From a virus (taxonomy: Duplodnaviria; Caudoviricetes): a stretch of 64,000 nucleotides of DNA. Within the stretch, counting starts at the first letter, position 1. Every line of letters begins with the position of its first letter. Below, one piece after another: positions 38,664-47,084 of the stretch. A program made the position numbers and the translations under genes. Below the pieces are notes generated by a model, which made no database searches, was not told where the DNA came from, and saw only the letters and a program-made list of their open reading frames with translations. Location of the stretch: IMG/VR virus record IMGVR_UViG_2795386110_000001, positions 26,114 to 90,113 of that record. The stretch is one strand, 5' to 3'.

Positions 38664-40025
38664 ATGCGCATTCTGGCAATCCTGCCGACGTACGAGCAGC
38701 CCGAACACCTGCGTGCCATGGCGGCGTCGGGGCATGAGGTGCACGTGGTCACCACCATCCGCACGCGTGACAGCCCGCGCGGTGTGGACGGTGTACGGGT
38801 GTGGCCGCTCGGCTACTGGTGGCGGGCCTGGAAGGCGGCCCAACCGGACGTCATCGTGTCCCAGGCTGGTGACCGGCAGGCGGAGCGGTTGGTGGCGCGC
38901 TGGAGGCGCGTGCCGCGCCTGGTCATGAGCCAGAGCGACGCGGACATAGGGGAGTTCGAGGAGGCATTGATCCGGCTCCTCCCCGCGCACCGCCAGGCGG
39001 CGGCCCGCACCCCCGTGCCGGACGACCCGCTGACCGGGCAGCCGGTCAAGGTGGTGGCGTGGATCCACTACGGGGTGCCGTACCGGCGCGCCGGGTCGGA
39101 GACGATGCTCCACACGATGATTCGGTCCCTCAAGGACGCCGGCATGGGTGTGCTGGTGGTGTCCTCGTCGATGCCGGAGGCGCCCGCAGCGTGGGATGTG
39201 GACGGCGTCCCCTACATGCACTTGCCGCCGCGGTCGGCCGAGGCCCTCATCCGGACCATGCGGCCGAACGTGATGGTCACGCACCACAACTACGCTGCGC
39301 GAGCCACGGCGCTGGCCAAGGACATCGGGGTGCCGTCGGTGCTGCTCATGCACTCCGACCACGACTTCTCCGCCCGCTCCCTGTGGGCCGGGCCCGATCT
39401 CGTCGTCTACAACACCGACTGGGTACGGGCCTCCCTCGCCGCCCGCTACCTGGAGGTGGACCGCACCCGGTCCCTGATCGTGCACCCGCCAGTCGTCGCC
39501 GAAGAACACCGGGCGCCGACGACGGGGGACCGGGTGACGCTCGTCAACCTCAGCTCGAACAAGGGCGTATACACGTGGCGAGACGCCGCCCGAGCGCTGC
39601 CGGAGCTGCCGTTCCTCGGCGTGACCGGCGCCCACGGCTTGCAGGTGAAGCAGCCGCTCCTGCCCAACATGCGGGTCATCCCGCAGACCTCGGACATGCG
39701 CGGCGACGTGTGGGCGCACACCCGAGTGCTGCTGGTGCCCAGCGTGTACGAGTCGTACGGCATGGCGGCCGTCGAAGGCCTCGCCTCCGGGATCCCCGTT
39801 ATCGCCCACTCGACCCTGGGCCTGCGCGAGGCCCTCGGCGACGGGGCGACGTTCATCGACCGGTCAGACGCCCGCTCTTGGGCGGAGACGGTCCGGGAGC
39901 TGTACCGCGACGGCGGCCGCCGTGACGAGGCGACCGCCGCCGCCCTCGCCCGCAGCGCGCTCCTGGCCGACAGGATGAGCGCGGAGCTGAAGCAGTGGGT
40001 GGAAGCCGTGCTCGACCTGGTCTGA
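38664..40025 (+). CDS. GT4-like (GT-B) glycosyltransferase
   Basis: AGSE, NKG, PSVYESYGMAAVEGLASGIPVI. Confidence 0.85.
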   Translation: MRILAILPTYEQPEHLRAMAASGHEVHVVTTIRTRDSPRGVDGVRVWPLGYWWRAWKAAQPDVIVSQAGDRQAERLVARWRRVPRLVMSQSDADIGEFEEALIRLLPAHRQAAARTPVPDDPLTGQPVKVVAWIHYGVPYRRAGSETMLHTMIRSLKDAGMGVLVVSSSMPEAPAAWDVDGVPYMHLPPRSAEALIRTMRPNVMVTHHNYAARATALAKDIGVPSVLLMHSDHDFSARSLWAGPDLVVYNTDWVRASLAARYLEVDRTRSLIVHPPVVAEEHRAPTTGDRVTLVNLSSNKGVYTWRDAARALPELPFLGVTGAHGLQVKQPLLPNMRVIPQTSDMRGDVWAHTRVLLVPSVYESYGMAAVEGLASGIPVIAHSTLGLREALGDGATFIDRSDARSWAETVRELYRDGGRRDEATAAALARSALLADRMSAELKQWVEAVLDLV

Positions 40026-40100
40026 CGGTGGAGACGAACCGTTGACAGCCGCATGCAAGGGGCCCCACCTGCACACGTACGGGGGCCCGGTGATGGTGGC

Positions 40101-41081
40101 TCAGTCCTTGTCGGCCCGGCCGGGAGGGATCAGGACGTCCGCCGAGTTGGTCAACCCCGTGTTGTACTCATTGACGATGAGCCGTGCGAGGGGGGCAGAG
40201 CGGGAGGACGAGCCGCCGCCGCCGACCGTGTTCGCGATGGACGACTCCTTCCACTGCGCGACCGTGATCGGCTTGCGCGTGCCGTGACCGGCAAGCTTCG
40301 CGCTGAGCCGGTCGAGCCGGGCACCGGGGTTGCGGTCGAGGACCATCGCGACGGCGCGCAGCATGATCCCCTCCCACGTCGCGGGGTTGCGGCCCCACGC
40401 GTCCTCGACGACCCGCAGCACCTGTGGGATCAGCGGGGACCGCTCCTCCGGGAGGACAAGGGGGTAGATCAGGCTCCCGCTCTCGTCCCGGTCGGCGTGT
40501 TTCTCGTCCATCACCGCGATGGAGGTGAGCGCCTGGACGGCGCCGATCTTGTTCGCCGAGGTGCTGCCCGAGATGCCGAGAGCGCAGCTCTCGACCTCGG
40601 TGAGGATCCGGGTATTACGCGGGTCGCCAGCGGTGATCGAGACGCGGAAGATGTCGAACGGCTTCACGGCCTTGCGGTCGCGGTTCGCGGCGAGGAACAA
40701 CTTCGCCTCCTGCTCGTCGGTGAGCCCTTCGTAGACCATGCAGTCCCGGAGGAAGTCCGGGCCCTCCTTCGCGACCGCCACCTCCGTGGAGTGCTGACCG
40801 TCGAGGAGGTAGTACCGGCCGTCCTCCCTGAGGGAGACGATCGCCGGGAGTAGCGCGAAGGGATCCCACATCTTCGTGAGCCGTGCCGTCCACGCGGCGT
40901 CCTTCTTCCGCTGCGTGGCCGGGCCGGCGTCCTCGCTGGTGATAGTGCCGAACAGGCGGGCTGAGTCGAGGGTCTGATCGACGTGCAGGTCCCCAACGGG
41001 GATCTCGTCGTAGAACTTCCGGACGGTCTTCGTCGCTCCGGCCTGTGCCGGAACGGTGACCTTCTCGTCGGCGCGTGCCAC
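40101..41081 (-). CDS. ParB/Srx-like protein (DUF6551-like)
   Basis: IVSLREDGRYYLLDGQH..EAKLF..N; RBS GGGGGA before GTG 41081 (alternative ATG 41123). Confidence 0.7.
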   Translation of the reverse strand: MARADEKVTVPAQAGATKTVRKFYDEIPVGDLHVDQTLDSARLFGTITSEDAGPATQRKKDAAWTARLTKMWDPFALLPAIVSLREDGRYYLLDGQHSTEVAVAKEGPDFLRDCMVYEGLTDEQEAKLFLAANRDRKAVKPFDIFRVSITAGDPRNTRILTEVESCALGISGSTSANKIGAVQALTSIAVMDEKHADRDESGSLIYPLVLPEERSPLIPQVLRVVEDAWGRNPATWEGIMLRAVAMVLDRNPGARLDRLSAKLAGHGTRKPITVAQWKESSIANTVGGGGSSSRSAPLARLIVNEYNTGLTNSADVLIPPGRADKD

Positions 41082-41217
41082 GCGTCCCCCTTGGTAGTGG
41101 TCAGGTGACACACAGTCAACCATGGGGATTTCTCGCGCGTCAAATTCTCTGACGCTTTGGGATTTCTCGCGTTCCCGGCGCGGTCTCATGGCTCCCTGCG
41201 GCGGCGGGTCACCTGGC

Positions 41218-41282
41218 TAGACTGGTGCCAAGTCGCTGGTTATGGGCCGGACTCCTGCGAGACACCAGGAGTCCAGGGCATG
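41218..41282 (+). promoter_or_regulatory. late promoter and conserved leader, copy 2
   Basis: TAGACT; GTCGCTGGTTATGGGCCGG; GGACTCCTG/CAGGAGTCC stem. Confidence 0.85.
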
Positions 41283-41978
41283 TCCTGTCCGCTGATTGCC
41301 AACGCCGACGTCATGCGCATCACCAGGGTCGACCAGTGCGGTAACCCGGTCTGCGGAGACGACAACGGCTACGTGTTCGAGTGCTTCAGCTCCCTCGCCA
41401 TGAACGTCAACTCCGACGACGGCGACGACATCCAGTACAAGGCCGCGAACGGCCGTGTCTGCGGCTTCAAGAAGGGCTGCCCGACGTTCAACGGGCTCGA
41501 TCTGGAGCTCAACGTGTTCTCCGTGTCCCCGGAGATGATCGAGATCCTCACCGGCAACCCCGTGTACCTCGGCTACGACGGGCAGCCCATCGGCTTCGAC
41601 ACCTGCTCCATCCAGTGCAACACCGGCTTCGCCCTGGAACTCTGGGCGGAGGTGCTGGGCGAGGAGTGCGCGGACGGCGCCCAGGGCCAGTGGCTGTACT
41701 GGCTGATGCCGTGGGTCACCAACGGGATCATCGGCGACCTGGAGATCGGGTCGGAGGCGGTCACCCTCCAGATCACCGGCTCCACCCGCGCGGGCGGCTC
41801 CTGGGGCGTGGGCCCGTACGACGTGCAGCCGCTCGACGCGGCCGGCACCCCCGGCCCGATGCTCACCCCGCTCGACGCGTCCTGCCACCGGCGCACGTTC
41901 ATCACCACCATCGCCCCGCCCGAGCCGTCGTGTGACTACACGCCGGTGACCTGCGACTCCATGTCCCTCGCCTCGTAA
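41280..41978 (+). CDS. major tail protein (Cys-rich)
   Basis: MRITRVDQCG, KAANG.VC, GFALELW, Y.L.PWV as in cluster-B-like tail tube proteins. Confidence 0.8.
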   Translation: MSCPLIANADVMRITRVDQCGNPVCGDDNGYVFECFSSLAMNVNSDDGDDIQYKAANGRVCGFKKGCPTFNGLDLELNVFSVSPEMIEILTGNPVYLGYDGQPIGFDTCSIQCNTGFALELWAEVLGEECADGAQGQWLYWLMPWVTNGIIGDLEIGSEAVTLQITGSTRAGGSWGVGPYDVQPLDAAGTPGPMLTPLDASCHRRTFITTIAPPEPSCDYTPVTCDSMSLAS

Positions 41979-42685
41979 TGGAGCTGCCGGACATCGTCGT
42001 TCCGGTGCGGGAGGGAGCCCAAAACGAGCAGCTCAGGTTCGCGCTGCGCTCGTGGACGGCTCACCTCCCGCACCGGCATGTGTGGATCGTCGGCTACCGG
42101 CCGTGGTGGGCTGCCGGTGCCCGCCACATCCCCACCCACCAGTGCGGGTTCCCCGCGTACGTCAACACCACCACCGCGGTGCGTGCCGCGTGCGAGCACC
42201 CGGAGGTGTCCGACCCGTTCCTGTGGGCCAACGACGACTTCTTCGTCATGGCCCCGCAGCCGTCTTTGTTCCCGGTGCTCCACCGCGGCCCGGTGCGGGA
42301 GGTGTTCGGCCAGTACGGTTCCCGCTCCACCGGGTACGTGGCCGCGATGCGGGAAACGCACGCCTTCCTCGTCGGCCTGGGCTACGAGGCCCCGACGTCC
42401 TTCGAGCTGCACGTGCCGCTGCCCGTCCACAAAGACGGCATGCTGCGCGCCCTGGAGGTAGGGCAGGGCCACGACGTCCACAAGCGGACCGTGTACGGAG
42501 TGATCAACGGCATCGCCGGTACGGCGATGACGGACGTCAAGGTCGCCCGGCGCGGCCCCCAGTTCGACCCGGAGTCGCCATTCCTGTCGACGATGCCGGA
42601 CAGCTTCCACAACGGGGCCGTCGGCCGGCACATCCGCGGCGCGTTCCCGCAGCCGTGCCCGTACGAGGTACGGAGGCCACGCTGA
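41978..42685 (+). CDS. Stealth-like sugar-1-phosphate transferase
   Basis: EQLRFALRSW..WIVG.RP.W and SDPFLWANDDFF resemble Stealth CR2. Confidence 0.6.
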   Translation: MELPDIVVPVREGAQNEQLRFALRSWTAHLPHRHVWIVGYRPWWAAGARHIPTHQCGFPAYVNTTTAVRAACEHPEVSDPFLWANDDFFVMAPQPSLFPVLHRGPVREVFGQYGSRSTGYVAAMRETHAFLVGLGYEAPTSFELHVPLPVHKDGMLRALEVGQGHDVHKRTVYGVINGIAGTAMTDVKVARRGPQFDPESPFLSTMPDSFHNGAVGRHIRGAFPQPCPYEVRRPR

Positions 42686-43491
42686 TGCTGCGGATAGGCC
42701 CGTGCGAGCCGTGGCCGTTCGAACCCGACTGCTGCCAACTCCCAGAAGGCGTCGAGCAGGAGACCATCGACCGCCAGCGTGCCGTCGCCACGTTCATCCT
42801 GTGGGCGTTGTCCGGCCGACGCTGGGGCCCGTCCTGCCCATACACGGTGCGGCCGTGCCGGAAGCGCTGCCTCGACTCCTACCCGCTCACCGTGGGCAGG
42901 GCCACAGCCGGGCCGTGGATCCCGTACCTCGGCCGCGACGGGGCCTGGCGCAACGCCAGCGTGTGCGGGTGCGCCAGCGACTGCTCGTGCGGCGAGCTCT
43001 GCGAAGTGCGCCTCGAAGGACCGGTGCACGACGTCCTGGCGGTGGAGCTCGACGGCGAGACGCTGCCGACGGACGCGTACCGCGTCGACGCCTCCGGGCT
43101 CCTCGTCCGTACGGACGGCGGCTGCTGGCCGGACTGCCAGGACATGGCCGCACCGTGCGGCGACCCGAACACCTTCTGCGTCACCTACCGGATCGGCCTG
43201 CCCCTCGACGAGGCAGCGATCGCAGCGGTCAGCGCACTGGTCTGCCACCTCGTCAAGGACTGCTCGGGCGGCTGCGGCTGCAAGGTCGCCACGAACAAGA
43301 ACCTGAGCCGGATCTCGCGGCAGGGAGTCGACCTCGAGTTCGCCGACCCGACGGTCATCTACTCGGAGATGCGGACCGGTATCGCGGCCGTCGACATGTG
43401 GCTGACCGCCGTGAACCCCTACCGGCAGACGTCGCCGAGCCGGGTCTACAGCCCGGACTTCAAGCGCCCCCGCCTCCAGATCTGGCCGTAG
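42685..43491 (+). CDS. head-to-tail adaptor (Cys-rich)
   Basis: LWALSGRR, WPDCQD, ISRQGV, TGI..VD.W..VNP. Confidence 0.75.
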   Translation: MLRIGPCEPWPFEPDCCQLPEGVEQETIDRQRAVATFILWALSGRRWGPSCPYTVRPCRKRCLDSYPLTVGRATAGPWIPYLGRDGAWRNASVCGCASDCSCGELCEVRLEGPVHDVLAVELDGETLPTDAYRVDASGLLVRTDGGCWPDCQDMAAPCGDPNTFCVTYRIGLPLDEAAIAAVSALVCHLVKDCSGGCGCKVATNKNLSRISRQGVDLEFADPTVIYSEMRTGIAAVDMWLTAVNPYRQTSPSRVYSPDFKRPRLQIWP

Positions 43492-43505
43492 AAGGGGAAA
43501 CCACT

Positions 43506-44105
43506 GTGCCGCTCCTACCGCTCGCCATCCATGAGGCCGCCTCGGACCTCCTGGCCTGCGTCTGCGCCACCCTCGACGATCTGGCGACGAAGGTCGAGGA
43601 CTACCCGGGCTGCCCGACCTGCCGGCCCTGCCTCGTGCCTGGCCTGCCTGCGTGGGACGAGTGCGCCGACCCGTGCACCGGCGACGTTGGCGGGCAGTTG
43701 ACGGTGAACCTGTCCCGCATGTACGCCTCGACGAACTTCCCCGCCGAGGACACCAGCCCGCAGAACGTACGCGGCTGCACGCCGCCCCTGTCGACGGCCG
43801 TCGAACTCGTCGTGACCCTGCTGCGGTGCGCGCCCGGCCCGACCGAGGAGGGCTGCCCGCCATCGTGCGAGGACCTCGAAGCGGCGGCCCGGGTCACCCA
43901 CATCGACGCGGTCGCCGTCTTCAACGCGATCACCTGCTGTCTGGCCACCACCGGAGGACGAGGACGACGGCGCGGCCGGCCGTACATCCTCGGCCGTCAG
44001 CAGACCCTCGGCCCGCAGGGCGGCTGCGTCGGCGTCGAGCAGCGCGTCACGATCGCCCTGCCCGGATGCAAATGCACGGAGGAGGTACCCAGCTGTGAGT
44101 GTTGA
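43506..44105 (+). CDS. head-tail joining or tail terminator-like protein (Cys-rich)
   Basis: Position; GQLTV, LLRC, GPQGGCVG. Confidence 0.6.
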   Translation: MPLLPLAIHEAASDLLACVCATLDDLATKVEDYPGCPTCRPCLVPGLPAWDECADPCTGDVGGQLTVNLSRMYASTNFPAEDTSPQNVRGCTPPLSTAVELVVTLLRCAPGPTEEGCPPSCEDLEAAARVTHIDAVAVFNAITCCLATTGGRGRRRGRPYILGRQQTLGPQGGCVGVEQRVTIALPGCKCTEEVPSCEC

Positions 44106-44472
44106 GGTACGAGTCGAGCCCGGCCGAATCGCCCGACTGCTCCGCGCCCGGGGCGGCATCGCCTACCGGCGGATCAGCCAGCGCACCGAGCGCGTCGCTC
44201 AGATCGCGGAGAAGGAGGCGCCCGGGTCCATGGGCTCCTACATCTCCTGGAAGGTCCAGGAAGGCCCGCGCGGCTTGGAGGGCGTCATCGTGTGCGACCA
44301 CCCCGCGGTCCGGTTCGTGCTCGACGGCACGAGGCCGCACATCATCCGCCCACGCCGAGCGAGGGCGCTGCGCTTCGAGGTGGACGGACGGGTCGTGTTC
44401 TCCGCGTTCGTCCGGCACCCCGGGACCCGGCCCAACAACTTCCTGGCGCGGGCTCTGCGGTTGGGCAGGTAG
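44095..44472 (+). CDS. neck/tail completion protein (HK97 gp10-like)
   Basis: GTRPHIIRP..ALRF..V.HPGT.PN.FL.RAL. Confidence 0.7.
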   Translation: MSVEVRVEPGRIARLLRARGGIAYRRISQRTERVAQIAEKEAPGSMGSYISWKVQEGPRGLEGVIVCDHPAVRFVLDGTRPHIIRPRRARALRFEVDGRVVFSAFVRHPGTRPNNFLARALRLGR

Positions 44473-44483
44473 AAGGGCGGCCC

Positions 44484-44517
44484 CGGAGGGCCGCAGCCGT
44501 CGGACTGCGGCCCTCCG
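44484..44517. terminator. GC-rich hairpin between convergent genes
   Basis: CGGAGGGCCGCAG / CTGCGGCCCTCCG. Confidence 0.65.
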
Positions 44518-44521
44518 TGAT

Positions 44522-44746
44522 TCACCGGCGGATGATCTGGATGGTGATGGCGGGGGCCGCAGCCACAGCCAGCACGGCCAGTCCGACCGGCGCGGAGACC
44601 GCGAGAGCGATCACCGTTCCTCCCACGGCGCAGGTTGCCGTGAGACCGAAGGTCGCCCACCCCAGAGCCTTGCTGGGCTTCGTACGGTCGGCCTCCGACC
44701 CAGCCTGCGGGCTGGGCTCCATCTGCTGTTCTGTTGTACGTTCCAT
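44522..44746 (-). CDS. small two-TM membrane protein
   Basis: AAGGAGG upstream of ATG 44746; hydrophobic C-terminal half. Confidence 0.5.
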   Translation of the reverse strand: MERTTEQQMEPSPQAGSEADRTKPSKALGWATFGLTATCAVGGTVIALAVSAPVGLAVLAVAAAPAITIQIIRR

Positions 44747-45040
44747 TGAGTGAGGTACCGCCTCCTTGAGATTGGGAGGCCTGGAGCACCAGGTGCTGGC
44801 CGGCGTCGATGCTCCGAGGCCTCCCGTTTCGGATGCGGCCGGAGAAGCCCTCCAGGCCGCCTGCGGGGGCCTGTTCAGCTCCCACTCCGTAAGTCTGTGG
44901 CCTGTTTCAGGGGTCGTCGGGTACGCTGAACTACGCATTGATCCGCATGAGCGACCCATTTAGATATCGAGAAAATTGGAGAAATTAGTGGATCTAGTCG
45001 CCATACGGATCAATCCGTAGCGGACAATAGGTAGATCAAC

Positions 45041-46114
45041 ATGAAGCCCAAGGACGGCAAGGTCGAGACGCGCCTCGCCCATCTCCAGACCCTCCGCAGC
45101 CGCATGCTGAGCGGCGTCAACGGCGTCATGCGCCAGATCTGGGCGAGTGGGCAGAAGCCCAGCTCCGTCCGCGTACGCCGCGCCTTCTACCGGCTCGACG
45201 AGATGAAGTTCGTGGAGGACGAACGCAAGCCACTGCCGACGGAGGAGCAGCCGTTCGCGGCCCGTATGGTCACCCCGAAGGGACTCCACCTCCGGCTCAT
45301 GCTGACGATGCTGTACGCCGCGCAGTGCGCCGTGGGGCCTGGGAAGCAGTGGAACGCCCCCTACCCGGTGCAGTCGACGGCGAAGCAGCCCCTGTCGTGG
45401 ATGAGCCTGTCCGCTTCCATCAGCCAGTACGCCGGCCCCGGCATCCAGCTGGCATCCGAGGACGTGAACCGCCGACGCCAGATCATGGCCGCTCTCAAGA
45501 CACTGGAGTCGATGGCCCTCGTACGGGCCAACACCAAGCCAGGCCGCTTTACCTCCGGGTTCCAGCTCCTCTGCGAGAACGGCACGAGCACCGTCAGCTC
45601 GGCCATCCCGTACACGGTGCCCGATGACACCGAGCCGTACGTGGAGATCCCGACCGAGTTCTTCACCTGCGGCTGGGTGCATGTGCTCACGAACAGTGAG
45701 ATCGTCGCTCTGCTGATGTGGTTCGACCGCCTCAGGTACAACGGCTGGGTCGTCGGCGCCGACGGGGGCGACCCCTTCATCGTCACCTACGTCACGGGCG
45801 ATGTGCGGCACGGCTCCTACGGGCTGGGGCGTGAAGCCTACGAGACCCATCAGGCCCTCGACGCGTACCAACTCCTCGACGTCATCCGGCCCGACAAGCG
45901 CTACGACTCAGGCAAGTGGGAGGGGTACTCGAAGGATGAGTCCGACCTGCTGTGCCACCGCGTCTCGCTCTCCCCAGCTGGCTTCGACCGTGACGCGGGA
46001 GAAGTCGTGGAGGATGTGCTGAGGCGCCGAGACACCGGCGGCTTCTGGGGGCGCCCCATGTTCAGCACTCCGAAGCGCGTCGACCGCTTCCCCACGGTCT
46101 CCGCAGACGAGTAG
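45041..46114 (+). CDS. hypothetical cargo protein with its own AT-rich upstream region
   Basis: 357-aa high-GC3 ORF; AT-rich 44958-45040. Confidence 0.75.
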   Translation: MKPKDGKVETRLAHLQTLRSRMLSGVNGVMRQIWASGQKPSSVRVRRAFYRLDEMKFVEDERKPLPTEEQPFAARMVTPKGLHLRLMLTMLYAAQCAVGPGKQWNAPYPVQSTAKQPLSWMSLSASISQYAGPGIQLASEDVNRRRQIMAALKTLESMALVRANTKPGRFTSGFQLLCENGTSTVSSAIPYTVPDDTEPYVEIPTEFFTCGWVHVLTNSEIVALLMWFDRLRYNGWVVGADGGDPFIVTYVTGDVRHGSYGLGREAYETHQALDAYQLLDVIRPDKRYDSGKWEGYSKDESDLLCHRVSLSPAGFDRDAGEVVEDVLRRRDTGGFWGRPMFSTPKRVDRFPTVSADE

Positions 46115-46164
46115 GGCGAACATCCGGGCCGTCTCCGGCGCCCCGGCCGTCGCCGTGCTCCCGC

Positions 46165-46244
46165 TACCCTTCGGGATACGCCGCTGGTTGTGGGCCGGGC
46201 GAGGAGCGGACCCAGGGGAAGACCCGTGCGTAAGTCCTTTGCCC
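46165..46244 (+). promoter_or_regulatory. late promoter and conserved leader, copy 3
   Basis: TACCCT; GCCGCTGGTTGTGGGCCGGGC; GGGCGAGGA/TCCTTTGCCC stem enclosing GTG 46226. Confidence 0.8.
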
Positions 46245-46765
46245 TTCACACCGAACCGCACGTCGCCGACATCGGCGGGACCGAGCTGGAGTTCCAACCG
46301 GAAGTTATGGGCGACGAGTTCATGGACGCCTACGCCGAGCTGCGCGATGCGCAGAAGGCGAAGGGGGTCGACCTGGACAACCTTGCCGACGCGGACCCGA
46401 AGGACGTCCGCCGTACCGCCCGCGCGCTGCGCCTCTTCCTGGCGCGGCAGATGCTGGAGGAGTCGGCGGACCTCTTCCTGCGGCTGAACGCCGTCAAGGA
46501 CGGCGCGACGCTGGAGACGTTCCATGACCTGGACCAGGCCGAGGAGTTCGCCGCCCAGCACGAGGGCGCCCGCGTCGCCGACGCGCTCCGTCTGCCCACC
46601 CGCGTCATCGTCGAGCTCCTCGAATGGGTCGTCGAGCTGTACGGGGGTGGTGGTAACCGCCCTACTACGTCGTCTTCCGCCTCCTCGACTCCATCGCGGC
46701 AGGCTGGGAGGCGTGGGACGGGAGTCTCGCCCTCCAGGGGGTCGACCCCCACACGTGGCCGCTGA
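46226..46765 (+). CDS. tail assembly chaperone (G)
   Basis: Precedes the tape measure gene; LLEWVVELYG..RPT. Confidence 0.75.
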   Translation: MRKSFALHTEPHVADIGGTELEFQPEVMGDEFMDAYAELRDAQKAKGVDLDNLADADPKDVRRTARALRLFLARQMLEESADLFLRLNAVKDGATLETFHDLDQAEEFAAQHEGARVADALRLPTRVIVELLEWVVELYGGGGNRPTTSSSASSTPSRQAGRRGTGVSPSRGSTPTRGR

Positions 46766-46989
46766 GACGCCTCCTGAACGCCGCCGAGGTGGCCATGGAC
46801 GCGGCGGCGGAGGACGATGCGGCCCGCGCCCGGAACCGGGCCCAGCTGTACGCCCCGCCGAAGGGGGCCCGTCGACGGCCGGCCGAAGGGGCGAGGCCGC
46901 GCACCGCGGCGCGCATGGACGCAAGCCAGGCACGGGCGCTGATGTCGCAGGCGGCGGCCGAGGACGCCCGCCTACAGAGCCGCAGGTAG
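46660..46989 (+). CDS. tail assembly chaperone -1 frame extension (T)
   Basis: High-GC3 -1 frame PYYVVFRLLD..W..WDG.L..GVDP..LYAPP overlapping the G ORF. Confidence 0.7.
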   Translation, partial: PYYVVFRLLDSIAAGWEAWDGSLALQGVDPHTWPLRRLLNAAEVAMDAAAEDDAARARNRAQLYAPPKGARRRPAEGARPRTAARMDASQARALMSQAAAEDARLQSRR

Positions 46990-46994
46990 GCGGA

Positions 46995-47084
46995 TAGTCT
47001 GGAGACCACGGCAGGCGCTCACGCGCGGCCGTAGCCGCTGGTTTTGGGCCGGGCAACCACACGCGAAAGCGGGGTTGCCCGGTG
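46995..47084 (+). promoter_or_regulatory. late leader, copy 4
   Basis: TAGTCT lies further upstream; GCCGCTGGTTTTGGGCCGGGC; CCGGGCAACC/GGTTGCCCGG stem ends on the G of GTG. Confidence 0.8.

Noticed and set aside
46642-46653. GGGGGTGGTGG as the chaperone slippery site
   Set aside because: A -1 shift here meets TAA at 46654-56
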